Shown one piece after another: positions 26,871 to 36,986 of a stretch of 64,000 nt of DNA (within the stretch, counting starts at the first letter, position 1; every line of letters begins with the position of its first letter). The stretch spans positions 275,544 through 339,543 of the forward strand of contig JBPOJF010000006.1 of NCBI GenBank assembly GCA_052033915.1. The letters run 5' to 3'. The notes beneath the pieces are model-generated. The model was not told the DNA's origin, did no database searches, and saw only the letters and a list, made by a program, of their open reading frames with translations. The DNA is from Lentisphaerota bacterium (GTDB lineage: Bacteria; Verrucomicrobiota; Kiritimatiellia; CAIQIC01; JAGNIJ01). The position numbers were made by a program, and so were the translations under genes.

Positions 26871-27055
26871 CCTGGATCTGTTCCTGACGACCCGATTTCC
26901 CGGTCAGGATAGCGACCGCGAAAGAGGCGATCAAGCAGAACTGCCCCGGCAGGGGCCCGGAAGAATCTGCAAAGGAGAGCAGAATGTTATTGCCCAGAGG
27001 TTCGTAAATCAGTTAGCAATCTCAGGGAACATACCCGTTGGAGGTCTCTTAAAGT

Positions 27056-27760
27056 ATGCAGGCGATCATACTGGCCGGGGGAAAGGGAACGCGACTCCGC
27101 GAATTGTATCCGGACACGCCGAAGGCGCTGATTCCGATCAACGGCCAGCCGTTCATTTCCTGGCAGCTCAAGTGGCTGGCGTCCGCGGGAATCCATGCCG
27201 TGCACGTGGCCGCGGGCTACATGGCGTCCCCGGTCCGCGAGTGGGTCAAGGCGAACACCCCGGCGGGCATGACCCTTACCCTGTCCGAAGAGCCCGAGGC
27301 CCTCGGGACTGCCGGCGGTCTGAAATACGTCGAGAAATTCATCCAGACCAACCCTTTCGTGGTCGTCAACGGGGATACCCTGCTTCCGATGATCGATTGG
27401 TATCAGTTCATGGAAGCGCACCGGCTCTCGAGCGCCGCGGTGACGATGGCCGTGACGCCCGTCGCCCAGGCGGGCCGGTATGGAACGGTGGAGTTCGACG
27501 ACTCGCGGATCGTGAGCGCCTTTCTCGAAAAGCAGGAACGCGCGGCGGGCTGGGTCAACGGCGGCCTCTACATCATGAACCAGGAAACGATGCGGCACAT
27601 CATGCCGGACAAAACGCTGTCCCTCGAAACGGATGTTTTCCCCGTCATGTCCTGGCTGCGCATCCTGCAGGTTTACCTTGCGGATCCGCCCCTGCTGGAC
27701 ATGGGTACGCCTCATGGCATCCAGGAGATGGAAGCCTTCCTCTCATCGCACAGCCGGTGA
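27056..27760 (+). CDS. Sugar-1-phosphate nucleotidyltransferase (HddC / mannose-1-P guanylyltransferase-like)
   Basis: MQAIILAGGKGTRLRELYPDTPKALIPI signature N-terminus, with GTAGGL and VVNGDTL motifs. Confidence 0.8.
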   Translation: MQAIILAGGKGTRLRELYPDTPKALIPINGQPFISWQLKWLASAGIHAVHVAAGYMASPVREWVKANTPAGMTLTLSEEPEALGTAGGLKYVEKFIQTNPFVVVNGDTLLPMIDWYQFMEAHRLSSAAVTMAVTPVAQAGRYGTVEFDDSRIVSAFLEKQERAAGWVNGGLYIMNQETMRHIMPDKTLSLETDVFPVMSWLRILQVYLADPPLLDMGTPHGIQEMEAFLSSHSR

Positions 27761-28789
27761 TTTCTCGCTCAGGTCCCGGCCGGGACGGAACAACTCGACC
27801 CACTCCGCAACGCCGTAGCTCAGGTGCATGACCGGCACCAGGAAGAACAGGAGCAGATCGACGGCGCGGCGCGTCTCCCTGAATTTCGACCAGGTGATCC
27901 ACGCATCCGCGAGGAGGTACAGCAGCAGATTCAGCAGCAGAAGCCACAGGAAGACGTTCGAGAAGAACGCCCCGACGCCAAGCACGACGAGCGACAGCAC
28001 CCAGACCCCGGGCACCAGGGTGGTCGGCTCGAGGTCACAGCCGCCGCGCAGCAGCCGGATTCGCGTGGCTCCGTACCCGTAGATCTGCTTCCAGAACCGG
28101 CCCAGCGATTCACGCGGATAGTGGTACACGTACGCCTTCGGGTTGAACATCAGGACGTGCCCTTTTTTCATCGCGCGGAACGAAGCGATCATTTCCTCTC
28201 CCGGCCAGAACGCCGGATCGAAAAGGCCGACTTCCTCGAGGACCGGCCGGCGGTAGGCCATGTTGCACCCGATGATCCGCGACCATGTGATTCGGCGCGG
28301 CTCCGGGTTCCCCTGGAGATAGCGGCTGGAAACATATCCGGCCGCCTTGGAGGCCAGCGCGACCCCCGCGAGATGAGCCATCGGCGAGATATCGTCCGGC
28401 ACGAGACTGGGCCCGCTGACCAGCCCCACGGAGGGATCGTCGAACGTCTCCCGCATTCGCAGGGGCCAGTCTTTCGCCACCACCACGTCATCGTCCAGAA
28501 ACGCCACGATGTCCGCACGGCTCGCCTTGAAACCCGCGTTCTTCTTCTCGCTCGAGTCGCCGGAGGCAAAGGAGACCGGCAGGTGGACGATCGACGGATG
28601 CTGTTCGACCAGCTTGTCCAGCGCCACGAGAACCGGCCCCTCCGCGACCCGCCCCGCCACGACAATCTCCAGGGAGTCGAATCCCTCCGAACGGACCAGC
28701 GATTCGAGCGTCTGGATCAGGATTGGCCTCCCCATGGTCGGGATCACGACGGACAAGGCCGGCTTGTTATGTTCAGAGATCATGGTCAT
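27743..28789 (-). CDS. Glycosyltransferase family 2 with a C-terminal membrane anchor
   Basis: LSVVIPTMGRP and DDDVVV (DxD) motifs; C-terminal TM helices. Confidence 0.8.
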   Translation of the reverse strand: MTMISEHNKPALSVVIPTMGRPILIQTLESLVRSEGFDSLEIVVAGRVAEGPVLVALDKLVEQHPSIVHLPVSFASGDSSEKKNAGFKASRADIVAFLDDDVVVAKDWPLRMRETFDDPSVGLVSGPSLVPDDISPMAHLAGVALASKAAGYVSSRYLQGNPEPRRITWSRIIGCNMAYRRPVLEEVGLFDPAFWPGEEMIASFRAMKKGHVLMFNPKAYVYHYPRESLGRFWKQIYGYGATRIRLLRGGCDLEPTTLVPGVWVLSLVVLGVGAFFSNVFLWLLLLNLLLYLLADAWITWSKFRETRRAVDLLLFFLVPVMHLSYGVAEWVELFRPGRDLSEKSPAVR

Positions 28790-28793
28790 GGGC

Positions 28794-31343
28794 TCATGAG
28801 TTCGCCGCCTGGGGCGATTTCCGCTCCACCCCCATCAGGCCCAGCGCGGCCAGGCATAACACCCAGCCCGCGAGTTGGCAGACCAGCGGCGCGCGCGGAC
28901 CGCGATAGCGTATTCTGATTTCGTGCAGGCCCGGCGGGATAAACGCGCCCTGGAACAGGTAGTCGCAACGGCGTACGGGAACCGGTTTCCCGTCGATCCG
29001 GATCTCCCAGCCCGGGTGATACTTCTCCGCGAAACGAAGGAAGGCCATCTTGTCCGTGGACGTCTGCAGGACCACATGCCCGGCGTCGAATTTCTTCAGA
29101 CTGATCGAGCCGCAGGTCCCTTGCCCGGTCGATTCGGGCATGCCGTCGGCGGTATCCGGAGAGATCAACGCCTTGGAGAAAAGCGTGTGGGCGGGAGAGG
29201 CCAGCTTCTGCAGCACATCGTCGTCCGGAACCGCCTCCCATCCGGCCAACAGCAGGAATCGAGACGATTCGGCTTTCAGGCGGAGAACACAATGCTGACC
29301 AGGCTGGCTCTGCGTCGCGGACACCGCGCGGAAGCCGTCCGTGCCGGACGGGACCACATTGAACGCATAGACAAGCTCAAACAGGTCCTTCATCACCGGA
29401 TCATTCTGAATCTGCGACCAGGCCTGCACGGGGCCGAGCACCAAACGAACACCGCACAATTGCCACAACCGCAGGGGATTGCCGCCCGCCTGGCTCAAAA
29501 ACGTCTTGTAATCATCGGCCATGCGCGGCATCTGCGTCACATTGACGGCGTCAATGCCGTGATAGGGAAACTCGTATGTCAGCCAGTGGTTGTAGAAGCC
29601 GGCTTGCGAAAGAAGCGCGACCCGCTGGTATTTGGCATTCGCCTTCAGGAAGCGAAGGGCGTCGTCCTCCTTGAACTGGTCCATGCTCATCGCCTTGACG
29701 TAATGCCTGGACAACGCCAGCGAGTCCAGGGCCACGACCGCGACCAGCAGCCAGAGTGCGTAACGGCCGACCGCGCTCCGGCCGCCGAACGCCGTTCTCC
29801 ACAGTACCCAAACACTGCCCGCGATGATCGCGGCCATCAGCGCCGCGTGCCATGCCGCCCACACCTGGTTCCCCGCGATCACATCGGCCACCCCTCTCCA
29901 GCCGTCCAGCTCCAGGCGTGTGATCATGTTCCCCAGGGAAGTCGAGAGGCTAAAGGCCCAGACCATCAGAAGGACAACCGCCGCCACGAGTCCCACGGTG
30001 ATCAGCCGGATACGGTTCGCGGTCAGCTCCACGCTCCAGGCGAACCGGCGGGCGACGACATCGAGCCCTTCAGCCGCAAGGATGGCCACGGCGAGTTGGA
30101 ACACCTGCAGAAACTTGTTGGGATTCCGGATCGAGGAAACCACGGGCAGCATGAAGAACAGCTTGTACAGGGGGAAGAACTTCCCGAAAGACAGGAGGAG
30201 ACTGATGACGGCCACAGCGGACCAGAAGATCACCTCGCGGCTCCACGGCCGGTCCCGTCTCCAGGCCAGCCGCGCGCCCATCGCCGCCAGCAGGGCCAGC
30301 GCTATCGGAATCGCTCCAAGATACTGGCTCTCCAGTTTGAAGTTCTGGAAGCCCTGCTTCGTCTGCTCCCAGCCGGCGGACCGGCCCATCCGGCCCCAGT
30401 ACGGCCCTTCCGGCTCGCCGCTGCGCCAACCCATGTAGCCGGGCGCAATAAAATCCACCGACTCTTCCGGCGGCCAGCTCCACTGCGTGGCGAACTCCCA
30501 CTTGGCCTGCGGATCCTCCGCATCCATGACCGCCACGCCCTGCACGTTGCTCCGGTAGGCCGCCAGCATCGTCGGCAACGCCAAGAGCGCCGCGACGCCC
30601 ATGGGGATCAGCACGCGCAGGAAGGCCGACATGCGGAAGCCGCTCTCGCGGTGGATCGCGAACAGCGCGTACGGCCCGAGCGCCATGGCGAAGAAGAGCG
30701 CCACGTCCGGCTGTTCGAGGAACATCGCGCCCAGCGCAACGCCTGAAAGCAGGGCCCAACTGATCCGCCGTCTGCGCACCGCCATCTCGCACGTCCACAG
30801 AAACGCCGCGGAAAGCATCAGCACCGCGAACTTGCCCATGTGACCGGCGTACGTAAGCGTCAGATTGCTTCCGACCCAGAAGGCCGCCAGCGCGCCCATG
30901 GCGCATGCCGGCCAGCTCCGGCCGCGGGCCCGGAGAAAAAGCGCGAGGAAAAGCGACGCCAGTCCGAGATCGATCGCATGGTACCACGACGTGAACACAC
31001 GGAGCGGGAGGAGCCAGAGCAAAAGGTTCGACCACGACAGCGGAATATCCGTAGGCACGCCGACGAGCACGGAGTCATCCCACCAGCCGAGAAAACCCGA
31101 GGGAAGCACGGCCTTCCTGATGGCCAGCGCGCCGATGTTGTCGTCGGTCGAGAAGAGAACCGTGTTCCCTCCGATCACGGAGTGAAACATCACGAGGGCG
31201 AAGAGCACGACCCCCACGACGAACAGCCACCCGGCGATTTTCGCGGGGACTTCCACCGCCTTCTGACCGGCCGCCTCGCCCGCCGCGCGGGCCTCTTTTT
31301 CCGGCTTACTTCTCATTGTAGCAGTCGCCATACTCGACCCCAA
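28794..31343 (-). CDS. Large polytopic membrane protein, YfhO-like / GT-C-fold glycosyltransferase candidate
   Basis: 849 aa, more than 12 predicted TM helices, and a large C-terminal soluble domain. The size and topology resemble YfhO-family proteins. The assignment is inferential. Confidence 0.55.
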   Translation of the reverse strand: MGSSMATATMRSKPEKEARAAGEAAGQKAVEVPAKIAGWLFVVGVVLFALVMFHSVIGGNTVLFSTDDNIGALAIRKAVLPSGFLGWWDDSVLVGVPTDIPLSWSNLLLWLLPLRVFTSWYHAIDLGLASLFLALFLRARGRSWPACAMGALAAFWVGSNLTLTYAGHMGKFAVLMLSAAFLWTCEMAVRRRRISWALLSGVALGAMFLEQPDVALFFAMALGPYALFAIHRESGFRMSAFLRVLIPMGVAALLALPTMLAAYRSNVQGVAVMDAEDPQAKWEFATQWSWPPEESVDFIAPGYMGWRSGEPEGPYWGRMGRSAGWEQTKQGFQNFKLESQYLGAIPIALALLAAMGARLAWRRDRPWSREVIFWSAVAVISLLLSFGKFFPLYKLFFMLPVVSSIRNPNKFLQVFQLAVAILAAEGLDVVARRFAWSVELTANRIRLITVGLVAAVVLLMVWAFSLSTSLGNMITRLELDGWRGVADVIAGNQVWAAWHAALMAAIIAGSVWVLWRTAFGGRSAVGRYALWLLVAVVALDSLALSRHYVKAMSMDQFKEDDALRFLKANAKYQRVALLSQAGFYNHWLTYEFPYHGIDAVNVTQMPRMADDYKTFLSQAGGNPLRLWQLCGVRLVLGPVQAWSQIQNDPVMKDLFELVYAFNVVPSGTDGFRAVSATQSQPGQHCVLRLKAESSRFLLLAGWEAVPDDDVLQKLASPAHTLFSKALISPDTADGMPESTGQGTCGSISLKKFDAGHVVLQTSTDKMAFLRFAEKYHPGWEIRIDGKPVPVRRCDYLFQGAFIPPGLHEIRIRYRGPRAPLVCQLAGWVLCLAALGLMGVERKSPQAANS

Positions 31344-31613
31344 TCGTGCTCATCCCGTCCTCGCGCTCGAGCGCCTTCCGATATGCAGGTCCTGTTTTGC
31401 AAGCTGCGTGATCATCCTGTGTTCCAGACTATAGCCTCTCGTCCGCCGCGCGACAACTCCCGCGGCGCACCGCCGCAATCCGCCGTTTCACATCGTTCAC
31501 TTCGTCCCGTCGGGATCGTTCCGACAAATCTTGATGGCGAGGATCTTCCGCACCAAAGCCGCGGCCTCGGACCCGAGCTTCGTGTCCGGCAGGTCAATGC
31601 CGTCCTTCACGGC

Positions 31614-33713
31614 TTACTGGACCGGGGTCGCCGTCGCCGCCGCGGCGGCGACGGGCGCTGGAATCGCGCGCACATCCAACTGATCCACGAGCAGAGGCAC
31701 TCTCCCCGTCGGCCAGAACGCGTCCGCCAGGCTCACCTTGTTCAGGCCGGGCATAAGCGTCAACGGGCCGATGTTCCATTCCTGTATCTGGTTCATCGAG
31801 AACGTGTGCTCCGCCCCGTTCGACGCCTTGACCTTCTTGGACCCGGAAACCGAGAGCGCCCGAACCACGACATCCGCCGCCAGCGGCGCCAGGGTGAGAT
31901 TGTAGATATCCAGCGACGCGACCTCTTCCAGAACTCGCCAGTCCCTGAAGCCCTGCGTCTTCGTGTAGGCCCAGCCGTCGTCGTACAACCCGACGACCTT
32001 CCGGCCCGCCGAGCGGGCCTTTGCGAGAATGTCGTCGCGCGTGTTGTAGAAGATTTCCACCACGACCCGGTTTGAGTTCGCCGCATAGAAGTCGGCCCGG
32101 TTCGCCAAGCCGAGTTCCCTCAGTTTCAGGCCGGGCTCGTTGGCAATGACCACGCGCCGAGCGAAGTGCCGGCGCGGCCACTCCCAGGGTCCGACTCCCA
32201 CCGCTTCCCAGTACGACTTCGCAACCTCGAGATACGCGGCCTCCGGAAACCGTTCGAAGAACGCCATGGCCGTGTCGCGCCAGCGGTTCTTCACGTAGAC
32301 ATCCACCGGCTCATTCGGGATCGTGTAGGTATAGATCACGTTCGTGGACGGATGCGACTTGAGTTCATTCCACGGTTCGAACCAGCGGTCCACCAGCACC
32401 GGCGTGTTGCGCGGGAGATTCGAATCGAACCACTTTGAAATCTCGAAGTATGGCGTCGGCTTGCCGGTCAGTTGGGTCTGCAGGTACGCGGGATAGAAGG
32501 AAAAAACCAACACGACGCCGTAGAGAAGCCCGACCCCCGCCCTGCCCAGTCCCGGCTTCTTCAGCACGTCCGCCAGCCAGCCCGGCAGGACCTCCAATCC
32601 ATACGCGCAGAACACGAGAAAGAACGGGAAGACTCCGGACATGTAACGCGCTTCGTAGTTGGCCACCATCACGGTCCGCATCACCCCGAACACCGCGATC
32701 TGCATGACAATGAAGTAGACGATCCAGGCCCCTTCGGCCTGCTTCCGCCGCGCGCCGACGAACACCGCCCCCGCCAAGGCCATGACGAGGAACAACCAGC
32801 CCGCCGCCGACCCACCCCACGCGAACTGAAGAAACGCCTTCGTGGTTCCGGAAAGAAGGTTCTCGCCGCCCATGGAAACCACTTTCGCCGCCGTTTCCTT
32901 GTTCGCGCCGATCTGCTCAAGAATCGGCCGAAGCCCCCACGGCGCAAGCGCCATGGGAAGCAGGACCACTCCGTACACCGCCGCCAGCGCGGCGAGATTT
33001 CTTCCGAAGCATCCTTCCCGCCTTTGCCGGTACACGAGCAATCCAAAGAACAGGAGGCCGCCGGTCGCGCAAAGGATCAAGCCGGTGATCTGGCTGTACG
33101 CGACAAAGAACAACGCGCCGGCCAGAATCAGCAGATCGGGAACGCCGATCGCCCGCCGGCCCCACAGCGCGGGCACGATCCCCGCCGAGGCCAGGAGGAA
33201 CAGGAAGGCGCCGAAGACCAGCGTCGAGTAGAAATAGGCTTCACGGCACGTCGCGATATGGAAGGAGTTGACCGCCAGCAACGCGGCGAAGAGCAGCCCG
33301 AACACCGGCCCGCGAATCCGGCGACCCGCGAAGAAAGCCACCGGGACGGTCAGCACGCCGAACAGCGCAAAGGGAAAACGGACCATGGCGGGAGTGATGT
33401 GCCAGTTGAACAGCAAGAGAAACTCCTGCATGATGAACGCCGGCATCGGCATCTGCCCCGCCGCGCCCGACACCTCGAACCAATCCGTGAAAATCATCGA
33501 GGGCGGCACCTGGCGTTTCGCGAGATCCCAGAGCAGGATCGTATCGGCTCGGAACGCCGACAAACCCAATTCATACAGGCGGAAAAAGGCGGCGACCGCG
33601 ACGATGATCGTCAGCCAGATCCAATGCTGCTTTGAGATTCTTTCCGACGGCCCAGTCGAATCCGATACCATAAGTTCTCCACCGGCCACGCCGCACGGAC
33701 GGGCCCATGCCAA
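31614..33713 (-). CDS. GT-C family glycosyltransferase (GT39/GT83, ArnT/PMT-like)
   Basis: The N-terminal WIWLTIIVAVAAFFRLYELGLSAFRADTILLWDLAKR is typical of ArnT/PMT-type polyprenyl-phosphate-sugar transferases. It has multiple TM helices and a large periplasmic C-terminal domain. Confidence 0.7.
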   Translation of the reverse strand: MAWARPCGVAGGELMVSDSTGPSERISKQHWIWLTIIVAVAAFFRLYELGLSAFRADTILLWDLAKRQVPPSMIFTDWFEVSGAAGQMPMPAFIMQEFLLLFNWHITPAMVRFPFALFGVLTVPVAFFAGRRIRGPVFGLLFAALLAVNSFHIATCREAYFYSTLVFGAFLFLLASAGIVPALWGRRAIGVPDLLILAGALFFVAYSQITGLILCATGGLLFFGLLVYRQRREGCFGRNLAALAAVYGVVLLPMALAPWGLRPILEQIGANKETAAKVVSMGGENLLSGTTKAFLQFAWGGSAAGWLFLVMALAGAVFVGARRKQAEGAWIVYFIVMQIAVFGVMRTVMVANYEARYMSGVFPFFLVFCAYGLEVLPGWLADVLKKPGLGRAGVGLLYGVVLVFSFYPAYLQTQLTGKPTPYFEISKWFDSNLPRNTPVLVDRWFEPWNELKSHPSTNVIYTYTIPNEPVDVYVKNRWRDTAMAFFERFPEAAYLEVAKSYWEAVGVGPWEWPRRHFARRVVIANEPGLKLRELGLANRADFYAANSNRVVVEIFYNTRDDILAKARSAGRKVVGLYDDGWAYTKTQGFRDWRVLEEVASLDIYNLTLAPLAADVVVRALSVSGSKKVKASNGAEHTFSMNQIQEWNIGPLTLMPGLNKVSLADAFWPTGRVPLLVDQLDVRAIPAPVAAAAATATPVQ

Positions 33714-33876
33714 GGCGCGCCATATTCTGTTGAGCCGCCGTCAAAGTCAAGGATCACTCCGACCCCAGAAGCCAAAGATGAACGCGGGCATCGAGGATCA
33801 GGGTCATACTGAAAAGCTTCTTGCGGAAAGAGGTCATGCGATCTGACTCCAATGCCCGGCAAGACCGGGAGGCTCC

Positions 33877-34809
33877 TCATCCCAACAACGCCCCGACCTT
33901 CAGCTTGTGTCCGTTGAGGTAGTCCCGGCCGCTCATCGGTTTCTTCCCCTCGGGCTGGACTTCCAGAAGCCTCAACGCGTCTTCGCCGCATGCGACGAGC
34001 GGGCCGTCCCCGCACAGTTCGAGTATCGTCCCCGGTATACCGCCCCGGCGTTCCACCCGCGCCTTCAACACGCGAAGCATGTGGCCGGAGCCGGCCGGCG
34101 CGTCGCAGAAGCAGGCAGGCCACGGTACGAACCCGCGGATGCGGTTGCGGATCGCCGCCGCAGGCCGCGGCCAGTCGATCCGTCCATCCTCCTTCTTCAG
34201 CTTGTGGGCAAAGGTGACCTGCGACTCGTCCTGCGGCTTGCGAACCACGCGGTCGCCGCGAATCAGGTCGAGGGCGGCGATGAGGAGCTTCGCGCCGACG
34301 GCAGCCAGCTTCGGCTCGAGCGTCAGCGACGTGTCGTCGTCGTGGATGGAGACCGCCTCCTGCAGGATGATGTCCCCGGCATCCATCTTCTGCGTCACGT
34401 AGAGAATCGAAACACCCGTCTCGGTGTCGCCGTTCGCGATCGCGTACTGGATGGGCGCCGCGCCTCGGTACCTGGGCAGCATCGACGGGTGGACATTGAT
34501 CGCGCCTTTCGCGGGCAACGCCAGCAGGTTCTTGTTCAGGAACTGGCCGAAATCCACGACCACCATCAGGTCGGGCGAAAGCGCGGCGAGCTTCTCCACG
34601 ACATCCGGCGCGCTCGCGTTCTCGGCGGCGATCACGCTCACGCCACGCCCTTCCGCGAACTGCTTCACGGGACATGGAGTCAGGCGCAGGCGGCGGCCGC
34701 TCGGGCGATCCGGCTGGGTGACCACCGCGACCACGGAGTCCGCCGGGTTGTCCAGCAGCGCCTTGAGCGTGGGACACGCAAGCTGTCCGGAACCTATGAA
34801 GATGATACG
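33877..34809 (-). CDS. fmt: Methionyl-tRNA formyltransferase
   Basis: MRIIFIGSG..., HPSMLPRYRGAAPIQYAI (SLLP-type motif), and a C-terminal domain. The start is at MRIIF. Confidence 0.85.
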   Translation of the reverse strand, partial: RIIFIGSGQLACPTLKALLDNPADSVVAVVTQPDRPSGRRLRLTPCPVKQFAEGRGVSVIAAENASAPDVVEKLAALSPDLMVVVDFGQFLNKNLLALPAKGAINVHPSMLPRYRGAAPIQYAIANGDTETGVSILYVTQKMDAGDIILQEAVSIHDDDTSLTLEPKLAAVGAKLLIAALDLIRGDRVVRKPQDESQVTFAHKLKKEDGRIDWPRPAAAIRNRIRGFVPWPACFCDAPAGSGHMLRVLKARVERRGGIPGTILELCGDGPLVACGEDALRLLEVQPEGKKPMSGRDYLNGHKLKVGALLG

Positions 34810-35002
34810 CATGAGAGTCGCGTCCATTTTAACCACGAATGGACACGAATAAACATGAAAGTGCCCTTCCGGCGGAAGGGCCGCCTCATCACGCCGCCCA
34901 TCCCCTGACGGCTCTTCCGTAGCCGCCGGCGGCCGTTTCAGCCGCGCCCTTGCGGGCGCGGCTGCACTCCGCTATTCTATGCCGCGAATTTGAATCCCGG
35001 CC

Positions 35003-36211
35003 ATGATTGAGAAGCCCACACACGTCAAAGCTCAGGAGTTGATCGAGTCGATTCACCGCAGCCATCTCAAGGCGCCGCAGACCATTCTGTTCGGCCGCGG
35101 CCGGTTCAGCGAACTCGGCAAGCTGGTCATGCCGCCCGTGTGGGGACAGAAAGCCATTGTCGTCACCGGCAAACAATCGGCCGCGGCATCCGGAGCGGCC
35201 GAAAAAGTGCAGGTCATGCTGAACCGCTACGGAGTTGACGTCATCCCTTTTGCGAATGTCTCCGGCGAGCCGACCGTCGACATGGTGAACCGGGGCGCGC
35301 AACTCGCGCGAAACGAGAAGCCCAAGCTGGTGGTCAGTCTCGGCGGCGGCAGCGTGATCGACTGCGGCAAGGCGATCGCCGCGCTGACGGTAAACGACGG
35401 GCCCGTGGAAGACTACATGGAAGGCGTCGGCAAGGGGCTCCAAGTGGTCAATCCGCCCGTGCCGCACATCGCCATCCCGACCCTTGCGGGAACGGGCGCG
35501 GAGATGACAAAAAATGCGGTCATCGTTTCGCACGAGAATGGCTACAAAAAGAGTATGAGGGCGGAGAGCATGATTCCGACCATCGCCCTGATCGACCCGC
35601 TCCTGTCCGTCACGGTGTCGGCGGCCGTCACGGCGGCCGGCGGCATGGACGCCATCACGCAGTTGTTCGAGCCGTGCATCACGCTCAAGCGCCGCCCGGA
35701 AACGACGATGCTCGCTCTCGAGGGACTGCGCCTGGCAAGGACGGCCCTGGTTCAATGCTGCGAGGAGCCGGGAAATGTGCTCGCGCGCGAACAGATGTCG
35801 CTCGTCAGCATGCTCGGAGGCGTGTGCCTCGCAAACTCCGGGCTCGGAATGGCCCACGGAATCGCCGCCGGCCTCGGCGCGCTCTTCGATATCGCCCACG
35901 GGCTCGCCTGCGGCATCCTTCTTCCCCACGCCCTCCGCCATAACCGAACCGCTTGCGAGACGGAACTGTCTGCCGCTCTGACGGCATTTCTGAACCAGCC
36001 GCGCGTATCCGCGAACGCCGTCGACGAGGGCATCGCCGTGATCCGGGAACTGAACCAGCACCTGGGCATCCCCGCGGATCTGAAGCACTTGAATCTCACG
36101 GAAGACGATCTGAAGAAGCTGGCCGCGGCGTCCATGGGCAACAGCATGTCCGGCAATCCCGTGCCGATGACCGAGGCATCGGTGCTGGAGTTCCTGAAGA
36201 CGATCGCGTAA
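35003..36211 (+). CDS. Iron-containing (group III) alcohol dehydrogenase
   Basis: GGGSVIDCGKAIA and the His-rich metal site (GMAHGIAAGLGALFDIAHGLACGILLPHAL). Confidence 0.85.
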   Translation: MIEKPTHVKAQELIESIHRSHLKAPQTILFGRGRFSELGKLVMPPVWGQKAIVVTGKQSAAASGAAEKVQVMLNRYGVDVIPFANVSGEPTVDMVNRGAQLARNEKPKLVVSLGGGSVIDCGKAIAALTVNDGPVEDYMEGVGKGLQVVNPPVPHIAIPTLAGTGAEMTKNAVIVSHENGYKKSMRAESMIPTIALIDPLLSVTVSAAVTAAGGMDAITQLFEPCITLKRRPETTMLALEGLRLARTALVQCCEEPGNVLAREQMSLVSMLGGVCLANSGLGMAHGIAAGLGALFDIAHGLACGILLPHALRHNRTACETELSAALTAFLNQPRVSANAVDEGIAVIRELNQHLGIPADLKHLNLTEDDLKKLAAASMGNSMSGNPVPMTEASVLEFLKTIA

Positions 36212-36216
36212 CCCTG

Positions 36217-36236
36217 AATCGTCCTCGATCTCGTCG
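36217..36236 (+). other. Copy C of a conserved 3'-UTR motif AATCGTCCTCGATCTCGTCG, 5 nt after the adh stop codon
   Basis: It matches the sense-strand motif downstream of rng and fabF exactly (see findings). Confidence 0.5.
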
Positions 36237-36278
36237 GGGAAAAGCCGTTGGATACGCCTGCTTCCCTCTCGCCGGACA

Positions 36279-36965
36279 TTACTCGGTCGGCGGACACTTC
36301 TTCAGGCACAGGAACCAATCCAGGCACTTGACGTTCGGATCGGCCTCTTCCGCGCGCTCCTTGGCGGCGCCGCAGGAGCCCGGCGGAGGCACAATCACGT
36401 CGTCGCCCGGCTTCCAGTTCGCCGGCGTGGCGATGCCGTGCTCGTCGGAAGTCTGCATCGCGACCAGCAGGCGCAGAATCTCGTCCATGTTGCGTCCGTT
36501 CGACAGCGGGTAGTACAGGATCGCGCGCACGATGCTTTTCGGATCGATGATGAACACGGCCCGGACGGCCTGCGTGCTGCTTGCGCCCGGCTGTAGCATC
36601 CCGAAGGCCTTCGAAACGTCCATCTTCAGGTCCTCAATGACCGGGAAGTCGATCTCGATGCCCTTCATGTCCTTGTACTGAATCTTCTCTTTGATCGTGC
36701 GCAGCCATGCGATGTGCGCGTAGATGCTGTCGATCGAGAGCCCCAGCAGCTTGCAGTTGCGCTTCTCGAACTCCGGCTGCATCGCGGCGAAGGTCATGAA
36801 CTCCGTCGTGCAGACCGGCGTGAAGTCCGCCGGGTGGGAGAAGAACACGACCCACTTTCCCTCGAAGCATTTCGGGAACTCGATCTCCCCCTGCGTGGTC
36901 TTGGCCCTGAACGACGGGGCCTTCTCCCCGATCAACGGCAGGCGTATGGCAGCTTCTTCAGTCAT
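36279..36965 (-). CDS. Peroxiredoxin (1-Cys / Prx6-type)
   Basis: FFSHPADFTPVCTTE peroxidatic-Cys motif. Confidence 0.85.
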   Translation of the reverse strand: MTEEAAIRLPLIGEKAPSFRAKTTQGEIEFPKCFEGKWVVFFSHPADFTPVCTTEFMTFAAMQPEFEKRNCKLLGLSIDSIYAHIAWLRTIKEKIQYKDMKGIEIDFPVIEDLKMDVSKAFGMLQPGASSTQAVRAVFIIDPKSIVRAILYYPLSNGRNMDEILRLLVAMQTSDEHGIATPANWKPGDDVIVPPPGSCGAAKERAEEADPNVKCLDWFLCLKKCPPTE

Positions 36966-36986
36966 CTCTCATTCTCCCATTCCGGT

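Noticed and set aside
28875-30746. 623-aa plus-strand ORF
   Set aside because: It is antisense to the polytopic YfhO-like membrane protein, whose hydropathy pattern is that of a real membrane protein.
33714-33876. Sequence ATCCTCGATG downstream of fmt as a fourth copy of the 3'-UTR element
   Set aside because: Only 8-9 nt resemble the motif and the flanks do not match. A separate CCCGG-tcttg-CCGGG hairpin is present but without a U-tract.
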